DNA of 63,421 bases, counting the filler, from Basidiobolus meristosporus CBS 931.73 (lineage: Eukaryota > Fungi > Basidiobolomycota), in the NCBI GenBank assembly GCA_002104905.1. It is 3 parts of 3 records of this genome, joined end to end, with 100 filler letters (N's around TTAATTAATTAA, not from the genome) between each part and the next. Parts side by side here need not be neighbours in the genome. Positions count along the whole stretch, not along the records: positions 31,922 to 52,492 come from MCFE01001003.1; positions 52,593 to 63,421 come from MCFE01001294.1; 1 more part is not named here. One strand, written 5' to 3'. Shown here piece by piece: positions 51,716 to 61,529 of this stretch. The translations under genes were made by a program, and so were the position numbers. Each line of letters starts with the position of its first letter. Position 1 is the first letter of the stretch. The notes below the pieces were generated by a model. It searched no databases. It was given only the letters and a program-made list of their open reading frames with translations, and was not told where the DNA came from.

Positions 51716-52492
51716 TGTTATGATTTAAATCCTAACTAGTCACTACCGATCACTTGAACACTACTGATCGAACACCTGGAATTCCACACAGACGATCAAT
51801 CGCACTCAGTGATACACACGTTATTTAATACATCTTGAACCCTCCTTTTGGAAGCTTGCCCTACGTTATCGGAAGCTCTCCCTCCGAGGCTATCTCTATA
51901 TAAACTCCTTTGAACACTATCAATAAAGCATCAACCTTTTACCGGTTCATCAACTATTCAGATAACCTCTCTGATTCGTATTGGACATCCTCCGGTCCTC
52001 CTCCGCTTGCCCTCGATTCATAACATTGGTAGCAGCGAACCTCCGATCTCCAAAAAACAAAAACCTCCGTACCTCCCAGAAACTTTTCCAATCTCTCAGA
52101 AACTCTTCCGATCTCCCAGAAACTTTTCCAATCTCTCAGAAACTCTTCCGATCTCCCAGAAACTTTTCCAATCTCTCAGAAACTCTTCCGATCTCCCAGA
52201 AACTCTTCCGATCTCCCAGAAACTCTTCCGATCTCCCAGATATTCTTCCAATTGTCCAGAGATACCCTCCGTACCTGCCCGAGACCCTCCCAACCTCCCA
52301 GAGAAACCCTCCGTTTCACTCAAAAAAAGAAAAAAAAACAGTACCCAGTCAATTCTGCCAGAGAACCAGCCCCCCTTGGTAAACACACCGCCTACCGCAA
52401 ATCAAACAATACCCAAAAACAAAATGAGTGAAGAAAAGCCAAAATTTAGCTCTTCAGAAGAAATGTTGGCCTATATTGAGAGTCTTGAACAA
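51716..52492 (+). mobile_element. 5' end of a second, unrelated LTR retrotransposon: 310-bp LTR, PBS, repeat-rich leader and gag start; truncated by N-gap
   Basis: LTR 51716-52025 with perfect inverted ends TGTTATGA/TCATAACA, internal TATATAAA (~51896) and AATAAA (~51921). TGGTAGCAGCG at 52027 is a tRNA-iMet-type PBS. The ORF from the ATG at 52424 reads MSEEKPKFSSSEEMLAYIESLEQ. Superfamily cannot be determined without pol. Confidence 0.8.
52081..52260 (+). repeat. 20-nt minisatellite with higher-order structure (AB)3B2
   Basis: A=AACTTTTCCAATCTCTCAGA and B=AACTCTTCCGATCTCCCAGA. The order is ABABABBB followed by one degenerate unit. Confidence 0.95.
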
Positions 52493-52592
52493 NNNNNNNN
52501 NNNNNNNNNNNNNNNNNNNNNNNNNNNNNNNNNNNNTTAATTAATTAANNNNNNNNNNNNNNNNNNNNNNNNNNNNNNNNNNNNNNNNNNNN
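52493..52592. other. Scaffold gap with TTAATTAATTAA linker
   Basis: N-run with a central linker at 52537-52548. Confidence 0.97.
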
Positions 52593-53741
52593 GGATACTG
52601 GTGCCTCTCGTGTTGAAACAGTCAAGAGCATCGCTCTCGTTAAAGAAGACCAAAGTGTAAACACGATTTTCACTAAGCCAAATGCTTCCGCGAATACCTG
52701 GGGATCCGTACAATTCACTCTTCCGGATGATGTTCCCAGTGGTGGATATTATTACCAGGTCACCGCAACCACCAATAATAATGAGAAGTGCGTCTTCAAA
52801 TCCAACAGATTCCAGCTCATTCAAACTAACCCCAAGCCTAATCCGCCAACCACCTCTACCACGGGTAAGCCCACCAGCAAACCTACGAGCGAACCCACCA
52901 GCAAACCTACGAACAAGCCCACTAGTACCAGTAAAACTACTAGTGTCAAACCAACCACTACTCCTGACCCTGAGGTGGATGGCTGCAAGGGTTGGCGTTT
53001 AACCTCCCCTCCTAATATCCCAGGGATCAATTACAATGTTGGAACTGGTCAAGTTCTCTCCTGGGATACTGGCGCTTCTAGTCTGGATACCGTCAAGACT
53101 GTTGCCATCGTCAAGAATGACAACACCGTTGATCAAATCTTCCTCCATCCTAATCAACCAGCCAATACCTGGGGCTATCTGAGTCTTGAGATCCCTAACG
53201 TTCCCACCGGTGACTACCGCTACCAGGTGATTGGTGTTACTAAGAAGGGCAAGAAATGTACCTTGAACTCAAACCCATTCCATGTTACCAATCCCAATCA
53301 CAAGCCTTCCCCCAGTCCTACTCCTAGCCCTTCTCCTAGCCCTTCTCCTAGTCCTTCTCCTAGCCCATCTCCATCTCATCTCCATCTCCATCTCCATCTC
53401 CTTCACCTTCACCTTCTCCCTCAGAGTGCAAGGGATGGCGCATTACTGCACCACCTCTCATTCCTGGCCTCACCTGGAACACTGGCACTGGACAAAGTAT
53501 CTCCTGGGACACTGGAGCATCCAAGGTTCAGACTATCAACAGCGTGGCCTTGGTAAAGAAGGACGGTAGCTACAAGAAGGTCTTCACCCGCCCAAATAAG
53601 CCAGCTGACACATGGGGCTCTATCGAGTTTACCCTTCCTGTTGTCTCAAGCGGAGATTACCACTACCAAGTGATCTCCACCACCAAGAGCGGCGCGGAAT
53701 GCCAAGCAGACTCCAACCCCTTCCATATCAACAAGGTGTAA
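52593..53741 (+). pseudogene. Copy A of the secreted triple-domain gene: 5' end in the gap, frameshifted in the (SP)n linker
   Basis: CCATCTCATCTCC replaces CCATCTCCATCTCC near 53378, shifting the frame into HLHLHL. This may be a real indel or an assembly error. Confidence 0.7.
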
Positions 53742-54062
53742 GCGAACGAGTAGTATACATAGACTGACCAACTGACTGCACATAACCAGCATTCGCATAC
53801 CCCATTGGCATCGAGTGCAATCCAATCCAATCCAATCCAACTCAACTCCCGCTATTACATAATACCTTGTCTTTATTGAAATCATCATCAACATACATAC
53901 ATACATATGTATGAGTGTAAAAATTTACCTTTTGCTATATAAACCATATACCAATATCACAAACTAAGCTGCTTCGTACATTTTCTATCTTGGTAAATGT
54001 TTCCCATTAATCTGGTTGGTAATATTAGGGGATTCTCGTATTGGTGGAACCGTATCTGATAC

Positions 54063-54133
54063 GTCTTGATAGTAAAGTGGTAGATTAACTGCACTACGAG
54101 CGGATGGCCTGAGTTCGACTCATAGCCAATGCA
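54063..54133 (+). pseudogene. Decayed tRNA-Gly pseudogene (unit A, position 1)
   Basis: 71 nt collinear with the tRNA-Gly, with acceptor and anticodon stems broken but A/B-box remnants retained. Repeated at 58611-58681 and 63150-63220. Confidence 0.75.
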
Positions 54134-54230
54134 TGTATGGATGCATTTTTATTTTTACCCAAATCAGGGCCTCAACACGTTGCCTAATGATAATGCGAAA
54201 TCACTATACTCAAATATTCATGTTTAAGAA

Positions 54231-54301
54231 GCGTTAATAGTATAGCGGTAGATTAACTGCCTTCCAAGCAGTTGGCCTGTGTTCGACTCCCAGTTAACGC
54301 G
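54231..54301 (+). tRNA. tRNA-Gly(TCC) variant (T-stem mismatch, G discriminator), unit A
   Basis: GCGTTAA..ACTGC-CTTCCAA-GCAGT..CTGTG-TTCGACT-CCCAG-TTAACGC-G. Confidence 0.75.
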
Positions 54302-54398
54302 CGCACGCATACACTCTTATTTTTGCTTGAATCAAGACTTTATCACGCTGCCTAATGATAATATCAAGTCGCTACACTCAATCATCCACACGTAGGAA

Positions 54399-54469
54399 GC
54401 GTTAATAGTATAGCGGTAGAATAACTGCCTTCCAAGCAGTTGGCCTGGGTTCGACTCCCAGTTAACGCA
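54399..54469 (+). tRNA. tRNA-Gly(TCC), intact, unit A
   Basis: Perfect acceptor (GCGTTAA/TTAACGC), anticodon (ACTGC/GCAGT) and T (CTGGG/CCCAG) stems, followed by a T-rich terminator. Confidence 0.93.
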
Positions 54470-55811
54470 TATATTTTTATTAGAATCTAGCCAAATTTTA
54501 TTATTTATCATCCTAATTGCATCAATGGATAAACTGTTAAATTTGAAGATGCCCGCACGTGTAACCAACCATTGGTGGTGGTGGTGGTGGTCTAGTAGAG
54601 TAGCCAATTTCAGTTCAGATTAACTGATTATTCCCATTATACTTGGCATCCAATTGATACAAATAGCATCGCCACACTACGAAGAAGTATTTTCATGATG
54701 TTCACTACAGGCGCTGTAACTCCCTGTCGTTTCGTGATAATTAGCAGGCCGATCAGCCCATCTCACGATATTTCCAAAATACGCCTCATACAGATAGTGT
54801 AGTACAATTAGCGTGGCATTTGTTAGGCAGTGCTCAGAAGATGTGAGATCTCTATGCTGGTGACATTATATGAATATATTCTATTCTATTCTATTCTACT
54901 CTACTCTACTCTATTAGCAGTTTTCATCGTAATAAGACTGTGACCATTATCAAACAAATACTATCACTGAGCAATGCAGAAAATTCATTCGATATTCTTC
55001 CTTCTTCTAAACAGCCGTTTACTCCAGATTAGACTTCATTTCCTCACCCACCAATATAGTGGGGATCCATGACCGTGTGTGTATCCCAGGCTCTAATTTA
55101 GAATAGGAGGAATTCTCATGTGTGTGGACCTGGTCCTATGAGGGAGGGCATACTACTAGACCGCTTGGCATAGCCGTTTACCTGGTTACCTGTTTTCCCA
55201 ACTATGCGAAACTGAAGATCCACTTGTCAAACATGTACATTTAGTATTCACGAATATATTGAATGGGTTAATCCCCGATCTTCCATAGGGTACGCAATAT
55301 CTGGGCGAAAATTTGACTAGATTCCTTCCCTCTTCCCTCTTCCCTCTTCCCTCCCTAGCCCATTAACCTGGCTGCTATTTCTTTTTGGCCATCAATCCCA
55401 CCTGAAGTGTTACCAGCTCTCATCCTAGTCCTCACTTTTGGGGGAGGAGATGGCGACCTAAGAGGTATTTACAATCAGCCCCAACCCTAACCCCTAACCC
55501 AAACACAAGCATAAATATCACTAGTTTTTCATGGCTGCTTTGAGTTGAGTTCACCTCGATCTCTAGCAGTGCGGTATGGCTCCTGACTATTACGACATGT
55601 CGTTTCGTGTAGTCAATCAATATGGAATTTACTTTTACGGCGCAGTGTTTGTATATTTTTTTATGCGTTTAGGGTTAAATATAAAAGGAAGCTATTTTAT
55701 TTGAGAACGCGCAAAAAATCTTAATTTATGCTGATAAGAATATTCTCCATAACCCCCCTAATTTTCGCTCTCTGTGTTAAACAGCGAGAACTTGCTGTTA
55801 TGATAGATTCA

Positions 55812-55913
55812 TGCTCTCGGGAGAGTTGAACCAGCGACCTTCAAGCAGCAGAGGAATATGAGTAGCACAAACACCTCGCCCACCCACATCTTAACCATTT
55901 GGCCAACGAATGC
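55812..55913 (-). pseudogene. Degenerate tRNA-like element, possibly intron-containing (second copy at 60357-60458)
   Basis: The minus strand has A-box TGGCCAAATGG, B-box GGTTCAACTC and a 6/7-paired acceptor (GCATTCG/CGAGAGC-A). It is about 30 nt too long and the T-stem is mispaired. The isotype is unreadable. Confidence 0.5.
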
Positions 55914-56984
55914 TCACACGCATGAGAGGTATTGGAAAAAGATTTGATGTGGTGAGATTCTGTATGCATGAAGACGGTTTTTTTTCGAATTCTTGCACAT
56001 CCATCGTATCCTTAGGGTACATCCTATTCCATGACGTCAATGATATCTATCCTACACAAGCGACTGAGCGAACATGGCATGGCGGATAATGTTACTAGCA
56101 TTAGTCGTCTTCTATAATTAGGGGGATAGGCAAGTAGGTAAAATAGAATATTATTATAGCAATTCATTTGGAAATGGGTTTTAGAAAAGACATGTTCATC
56201 CGAAAGTGGATCACTGGCGTAGTCAAATGATTCCGTATTCTTGCCTATAGCCCAGGCTAGCTTCCAACCTGCCGAATATGGAGGAAACGAAGATCAGTTA
56301 ATCGAACCTATCTATGATAGCAATGTTCTAAGAAAAGATATCCAATGAAGAGCCGTAGTTTGCACCGAAATGATCGAGAACTATGATCAAATGAGGTTAA
56401 TGGAGTGCGTGCACACATACATCATACATGCATTGCATTGGAATAAGAATAGGTAGACCGAAAAATCCTAGGAAATATCTATTTATATTCAAGACTAGTC
56501 TTTCTTATCTATATTTACTTGAGAAATTCTATTTTGGCCCACATGGAAGTAAATCCTTTTCGTGTGAGTATATACAACAAATAAAGGCGTCCTAGCGCTG
56601 AAGGAGACGTAAATACTCCATACTATATTTAATAATGAGAATAGAATAGAATAGAATAGAATATATATTTTGTTTGATCCATTCACCAACACACGCACGT
56701 ACATTTATATATATGGGCAGATACATAGATACATGTATGGCACATATTTGCACACATGATGGGAAAATCGTTGCCGACGGCGCTGCTGTAAGGCTATCGA
56801 TCCCAATGCTAATCCCTATATAAGAGCTCGAGTGTCCTCTTTCTAAAGCAACCTATCAAAAAATCCAAGTGTACTAAACTAGATCCAAAGAGTTATCTTT
56901 AATTTCAGTTTTTGGGTATCACAGATCCTCCAACTACTATAACCAACTACCTGTCCACTCTCTAAGCACAATAACAAAGCAGAC

Positions 56985-58289
56985 ATGCGCTTCACAAACG
57001 CTCTTTTGTTGGTCTCCTCCTCAATAGCCCTTACTCAGGCTGCACCAGTTCCCTCTGGTTGTAACGGTTTTCGCCTAACCTCTCCACCGAATGTTCCTGG
57101 CATCGTTTGGCATACTGGCACTGATCAATCCTTATCATGGGATACTGGTGCCTCTCGTGTTGAAACAGTCAAGAGCATCGCTCTCGTTAAAGAAGACCAA
57201 AGTGTAAACACGATTTTCACTAAGCCAAATGCTTCCGCGAATACCTGGGGATCCGTACAATTCACTCTTCCGGATGATGTTCCCAGTGGTGGATATTATT
57301 ACCAGGTCACCGCAACCACCAATAATAATGAGAAGTGCGTCTTCAAATCCAACAGATTCCAGCTCATTCAAACTAACCCCAAGCCTAATCCGCCAACCAC
57401 CTCTACCACGGGTAAGCCCACCAGCAAACCTACGAGCGAACCCACCAGCAAACCTACGAACAAGCCCACTAGTACCAGTAAAACTACTAGTGTCAAACCA
57501 ACCACTACTCCTGACCCTGAGGTGGATGGCTGCAAGGGTTGGCGTTTAACCTCCCCTCCTAATATCCCAGGGATCAATTACAATGTTGGAACTGGTCAAG
57601 TTCTCTCCTGGGATACTGGCGCTTCTAGTCTGGATACCGTCAAGACTGTTGCCATCGTCAAGAATGACAACACCGTTGATCAAATCTTCCTCCATCCTAA
57701 TCAACCAGCCAATACCTGGGGCTATCTGAGTCTTGAGATCCCTAACGTTCCCACCGGTGACTACCGCTACCAGGTGATTGGTGTTACTAAGAAGGGCAAG
57801 AAATGTACCTTGAACTCAAACCCATTCCATGTTACCAATCCCAATCACAAGCCTTCCCCCAGTCCTACTCCTAGCCCTTCTCCTAGCCCTTCTCCTAGTC
57901 CTTCTCCTAGCCCATCTCCATCTCCATCTCCATCTCCATCTCCATCTCCTTCACCTTCACCTTCTCCCTCAGAGTGCAAGGGATGGCGCATTACTGCACC
58001 ACCTCTCATTCCTGGCCTCACCTGGAACACTGGCACTGGACAAAGTATCTCCTGGGACACTGGAGCATCCAAGGTTCAGACTATCAACAGCGTGGCCTTG
58101 GTAAAGAAGGACGGTAGCTACAAGAAGGTCTTCACCCGCCCAAATAAGCCAGCTGACACATGGGGCTCTATCGAGTTTACCCTTCCTGTTGTCTCAAGCG
58201 GAGATTACCACTACCAAGTGATCTCCACCACCAAGAGCGGCGCGGAATGCCAAGCAGACTCCAACCCCTTCCATATCAACAAGGTGTAA
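56985..58289 (+). CDS. Secreted 434-aa protein: signal peptide, three ~100-aa Ig-like beta-sandwich repeats, PT-rich and (SP)n linkers (copy B)
   Basis: The consensus C-x-G-[FW]-R-x-T-x-PP..G..W..GT.Q..SWDTGAS..TWG..G.Y.YQV..C...SN.F occurs three times. It resembles Kre9/Knh1-type N-terminal Ig-like domains by eye. No GPI or TM tail. Confidence 0.9.
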   Translation: MRFTNALLLVSSSIALTQAAPVPSGCNGFRLTSPPNVPGIVWHTGTDQSLSWDTGASRVETVKSIALVKEDQSVNTIFTKPNASANTWGSVQFTLPDDVPSGGYYYQVTATTNNNEKCVFKSNRFQLIQTNPKPNPPTTSTTGKPTSKPTSEPTSKPTNKPTSTSKTTSVKPTTTPDPEVDGCKGWRLTSPPNIPGINYNVGTGQVLSWDTGASSLDTVKTVAIVKNDNTVDQIFLHPNQPANTWGYLSLEIPNVPTGDYRYQVIGVTKKGKKCTLNSNPFHVTNPNHKPSPSPTPSPSPSPSPSPSPSPSPSPSPSPSPSPSPSPSPSECKGWRITAPPLIPGLTWNTGTGQSISWDTGASKVQTINSVALVKKDGSYKKVFTRPNKPADTWGSIEFTLPVVSSGDYHYQVISTTKSGAECQADSNPFHINKV

Positions 58290-58778
58290 GCGAACGAGTA
58301 GTATACATAGACTGACCAACTGACTGCACATAACCAGCATTCGCATACCCCATTGGCATCGAGTGCAATCCAATCCAATCCAATCCAACTCAACTCCCGC
58401 TATTACATAATACCTTGTCTTTATTGAAATCATCATCAACATACATACATACATATGTATGAGTGTAAAAATTTACCTTTTGCTATATAAACCATATACC
58501 AATATCACAAACTAAGCTGCTTCGTACATTTTCTATCTTGGTAAATGTTTCCCATTAATCTGGTTGGTAATATTAGGGGATTCTCGTATTGGTGGAACCG
58601 TATCTGATACGTCTTGATAGTAAAGTGGTAGATTAACTGCACTACGAGCGGATGGCCTGAGTTCGACTCATAGCCAATGCATGTATGGATGCATTTTTAT
58701 TTTTACCCAAATCAGGGCCTCAACACGTTGCCTAATGATAATGCGAAATCACTATACTCAAATATTCATGTTTAAGAA

Positions 58779-58849
58779 GCGTTAATAGTATAGCGGTAGA
58801 TTAACTGCCTTCCAAGCAGTTGGCCTGTGTTCGACTCCCAGTTAACGCG
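58779..58849 (+). tRNA. tRNA-Gly(TCC) variant, unit B
   Basis: Same sequence as 54231-54301. Confidence 0.75.
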
Positions 58850-58946
58850 CGCACGCATACACTCTTATTTTTGCTTGAATCAAGACTTTATCACGCTGCC
58901 TAATGATAATATCAAGTCGCTACACTCAATCATCCACACGTAGGAA

Positions 58947-59017
58947 GCGTTAATAGTATAGCGGTAGAATAACTGCCTTCCAAGCAGTTGGCCTGGGTTC
59001 GACTCCCAGTTAACGCA
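58947..59017 (+). tRNA. tRNA-Gly(TCC), intact, unit B
   Basis: Same sequence as 54399-54469. Confidence 0.93.
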
Positions 59018-61529
59018 TATATTTTTATTAGAATCTAGCCAAATTTTATTATTTATCATCCTAATTGCATCAATGGATAAACTGTTAAATTTGAAGATGC
59101 CCGCACGTGTAACCAACCATTGGTGGTGGTGGTGGTCTAGTAGAGTAGCCAATTTCAGTTCAGATTAACTGATTATTCCCATTATACTTGGCATCCAATT
59201 GATACAAATAGCATCGCCACACTACGAAGAAGTATTTTCATGATGTTCACTACAGGCGCTGTAACTCCCTGTCGTTTCGTGATAATTAGCAGGCCGATCA
59301 GCCCATCTCACGATATTTCCAAAATACGCCTCATACAGATAGTGTAGTACAATTAGCGTGGCATTTGTTAGGCAGTGCTCAGAAGATGTGAGATCTCTAT
59401 GCTGGTGACATTATATGAATATATTCTATTCTATTCTATTCTACTCTACTCTACTCTATTAGCAGTTTTCATCGTAATAAGACTGTGACCATTATCAAAC
59501 AAATACTATCACTGAGCAATGCAGAAAATTCATTCGATATTCTTCCTTCTTCTAAACAGCCGTTTACTCCAGATTAGACTTCATTTCCTCACCCACCAAT
59601 ATAGTGGGGATCCATGACCGTGTGTGTATCCCAGGCTCTAATTTAGAATAGGAGGAATTCTCATGTGTGTGGACCTGGTCCTATGAGGGAGGGCATACTA
59701 CTAGACCGCTTGGCATAGCCGTTTACCTGGTTACCTGTTTTCCCAACTATGCGAAACTGAAGATCCACTTGTCAAACATGTACATTTAGTATTCACGAAT
59801 ATATTGAATGGGTTAATCCCCGATCTTCCATAGGGTACGCAATATCTGGGCGAAAATTTGACTAGATTCCTTCCCTCTTCCCTCTTCCCTCTTCCCTCCC
59901 TAGCCCATTAACCTGGCTGCTATTTCTTTTTGGCCATCAATCCCACCTGAAGTGTTACCAGCTCTCATCCTAGTCCTCACTTTTGGGGGAGGAGATGGCG
60001 ACCTAAGAGGTATTTACAATCAGCCCCAACCCTAACCCCTAACCCAAACACAAGCATAAATATCACTAGTTTTTCATGGCTGCTTTGAGTTGAGTTCACC
60101 TCGATCTCTAGCAGTGCGGTATGGCTCCTGACTATTACGACATGTCGTTTCGTGTAGTCAATCAATATGGAATTTACTTTTACGGCGCAGTGTTTGTATA
60201 TTTTTTTATGCGTTTAGGGTTAAATATAAAAGGAAGCTATTTTATTTGAGAACGCGCAAAAAATCTTAATTTATGCTGATAAGAATATTCTCCATAACCC
60301 CCCTAATTTTCGCTCTCTGTGTTAAACAGCGAGAACTTGCTGTTATGATAGATTCATGCTCTCGGGAGAGTTGAACCAGCGACCTTCAAGCAGCAGAGGA
60401 ATATGAGTAGCACAAACACCTCGCCCACCCACATCTTAACCATTTGGCCAACGAATGCTCACACGCATGAGAGGTATTGGAAAAAGATTTGATGTGGTGA
60501 GATTCTGTATGCATGAAGACGGTTTTTTTTCGAATTCTTGCACATCCATCGTATCCTTAGGGTACATCCTATTCCATGACGTCAATGATATCTATCCTAC
60601 ACAAGCGACTGAGCGAACATGGCATGGCGGATAATGTTACTAGCATTAGTCGTCTTCTATAATTAGGGGGATAGGCAAGTAGGTAAAATAGAATATTATT
60701 ATAGCAATTCATTTGGAAATGGGTTTTAGAAAAGACATGTTCATCCGAAAGTGGATCACTGGCGTAGTCAAATGATTCCGTATTCTTGCCTATAGCCCAG
60801 GCTAGCTTCCAACCTGCCGAATATGGAGGAAACGAAGATCAGTTAATCGAACCTATCTATGATAGCAATGTTCTAAGAAAAGATATCCAATGAAGAGCCG
60901 TAGTTTGCACCGAAATGATCGAGAACTATGATCAAATGAGGTTAATGGAGTGCGTGCACACATACATCATACATGCATTGCATTGGAATAAGAATAGGTA
61001 GACCGAAAAATCCTAGGAAATATCTATTTATATTCAAGACTAGTCTTTCTTATCTATATTTACTTGAGAAATTCTATTTTGGCCCACATGGAAGTAAATC
61101 CTTTTCGTGTGAGTATATACAACAAATAAAGGCGTCCTAGCGCTGAAGGAGACGTAAATACTCCATACTATATTTAATAATGAGAATAGAATAGAATAGA
61201 ATAGAATATATATTTTGTTTGATCCATTCACCAACACACGCACGTACATTTATATATATGGGCAGATACATAGATACATGTATGGCACATATTTGCACAC
61301 ATGATGGGAAAATCGTTGCCGACGGCGCTGCTGTAAGGCTATCGATCCCAATGCTAATCCCTATATAAGAGCTCGAGTGTCCTCTTTCTAAAGCAACCTA
61401 TCAAAAAATCCAAGTGTACTAAACTAGATCCAAAGAGTTATCTTTAATTTCAGTTTTTGGGTATCACAGATCCTCCAACTACTATAACCAACTACCTGTC
61501 CACTCTCTAAGCACAATAACAAAGCAGAC

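Noticed and set aside
52081-54469. CRISPR-like appearance of the 20-nt repeats and of the 168-bp periodic units
   Set aside because: There are no unique spacers and no cas genes, and the context is eukaryotic. They are a minisatellite and tRNA duplicates.
46126-54469. tRNA-Gly(TCC) amplification as codon supply for the nearby Gly-rich protein
   Set aside because: tRNAs act in trans, the gene uses mixed Gly codons, and the two are separated by a gap. There is no sequence support.
55479-55500. Telomerase RNA template or chromosome end
   Set aside because: Only about two imperfect TTAGGG units, repeated in every amplicon copy and internal to the scaffold.
57829-58104. HLHLHL and GDGDGD ORFs suggesting metal-binding peptides
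   Set aside because: They are alternative frames of the (SP)n microsatellite.
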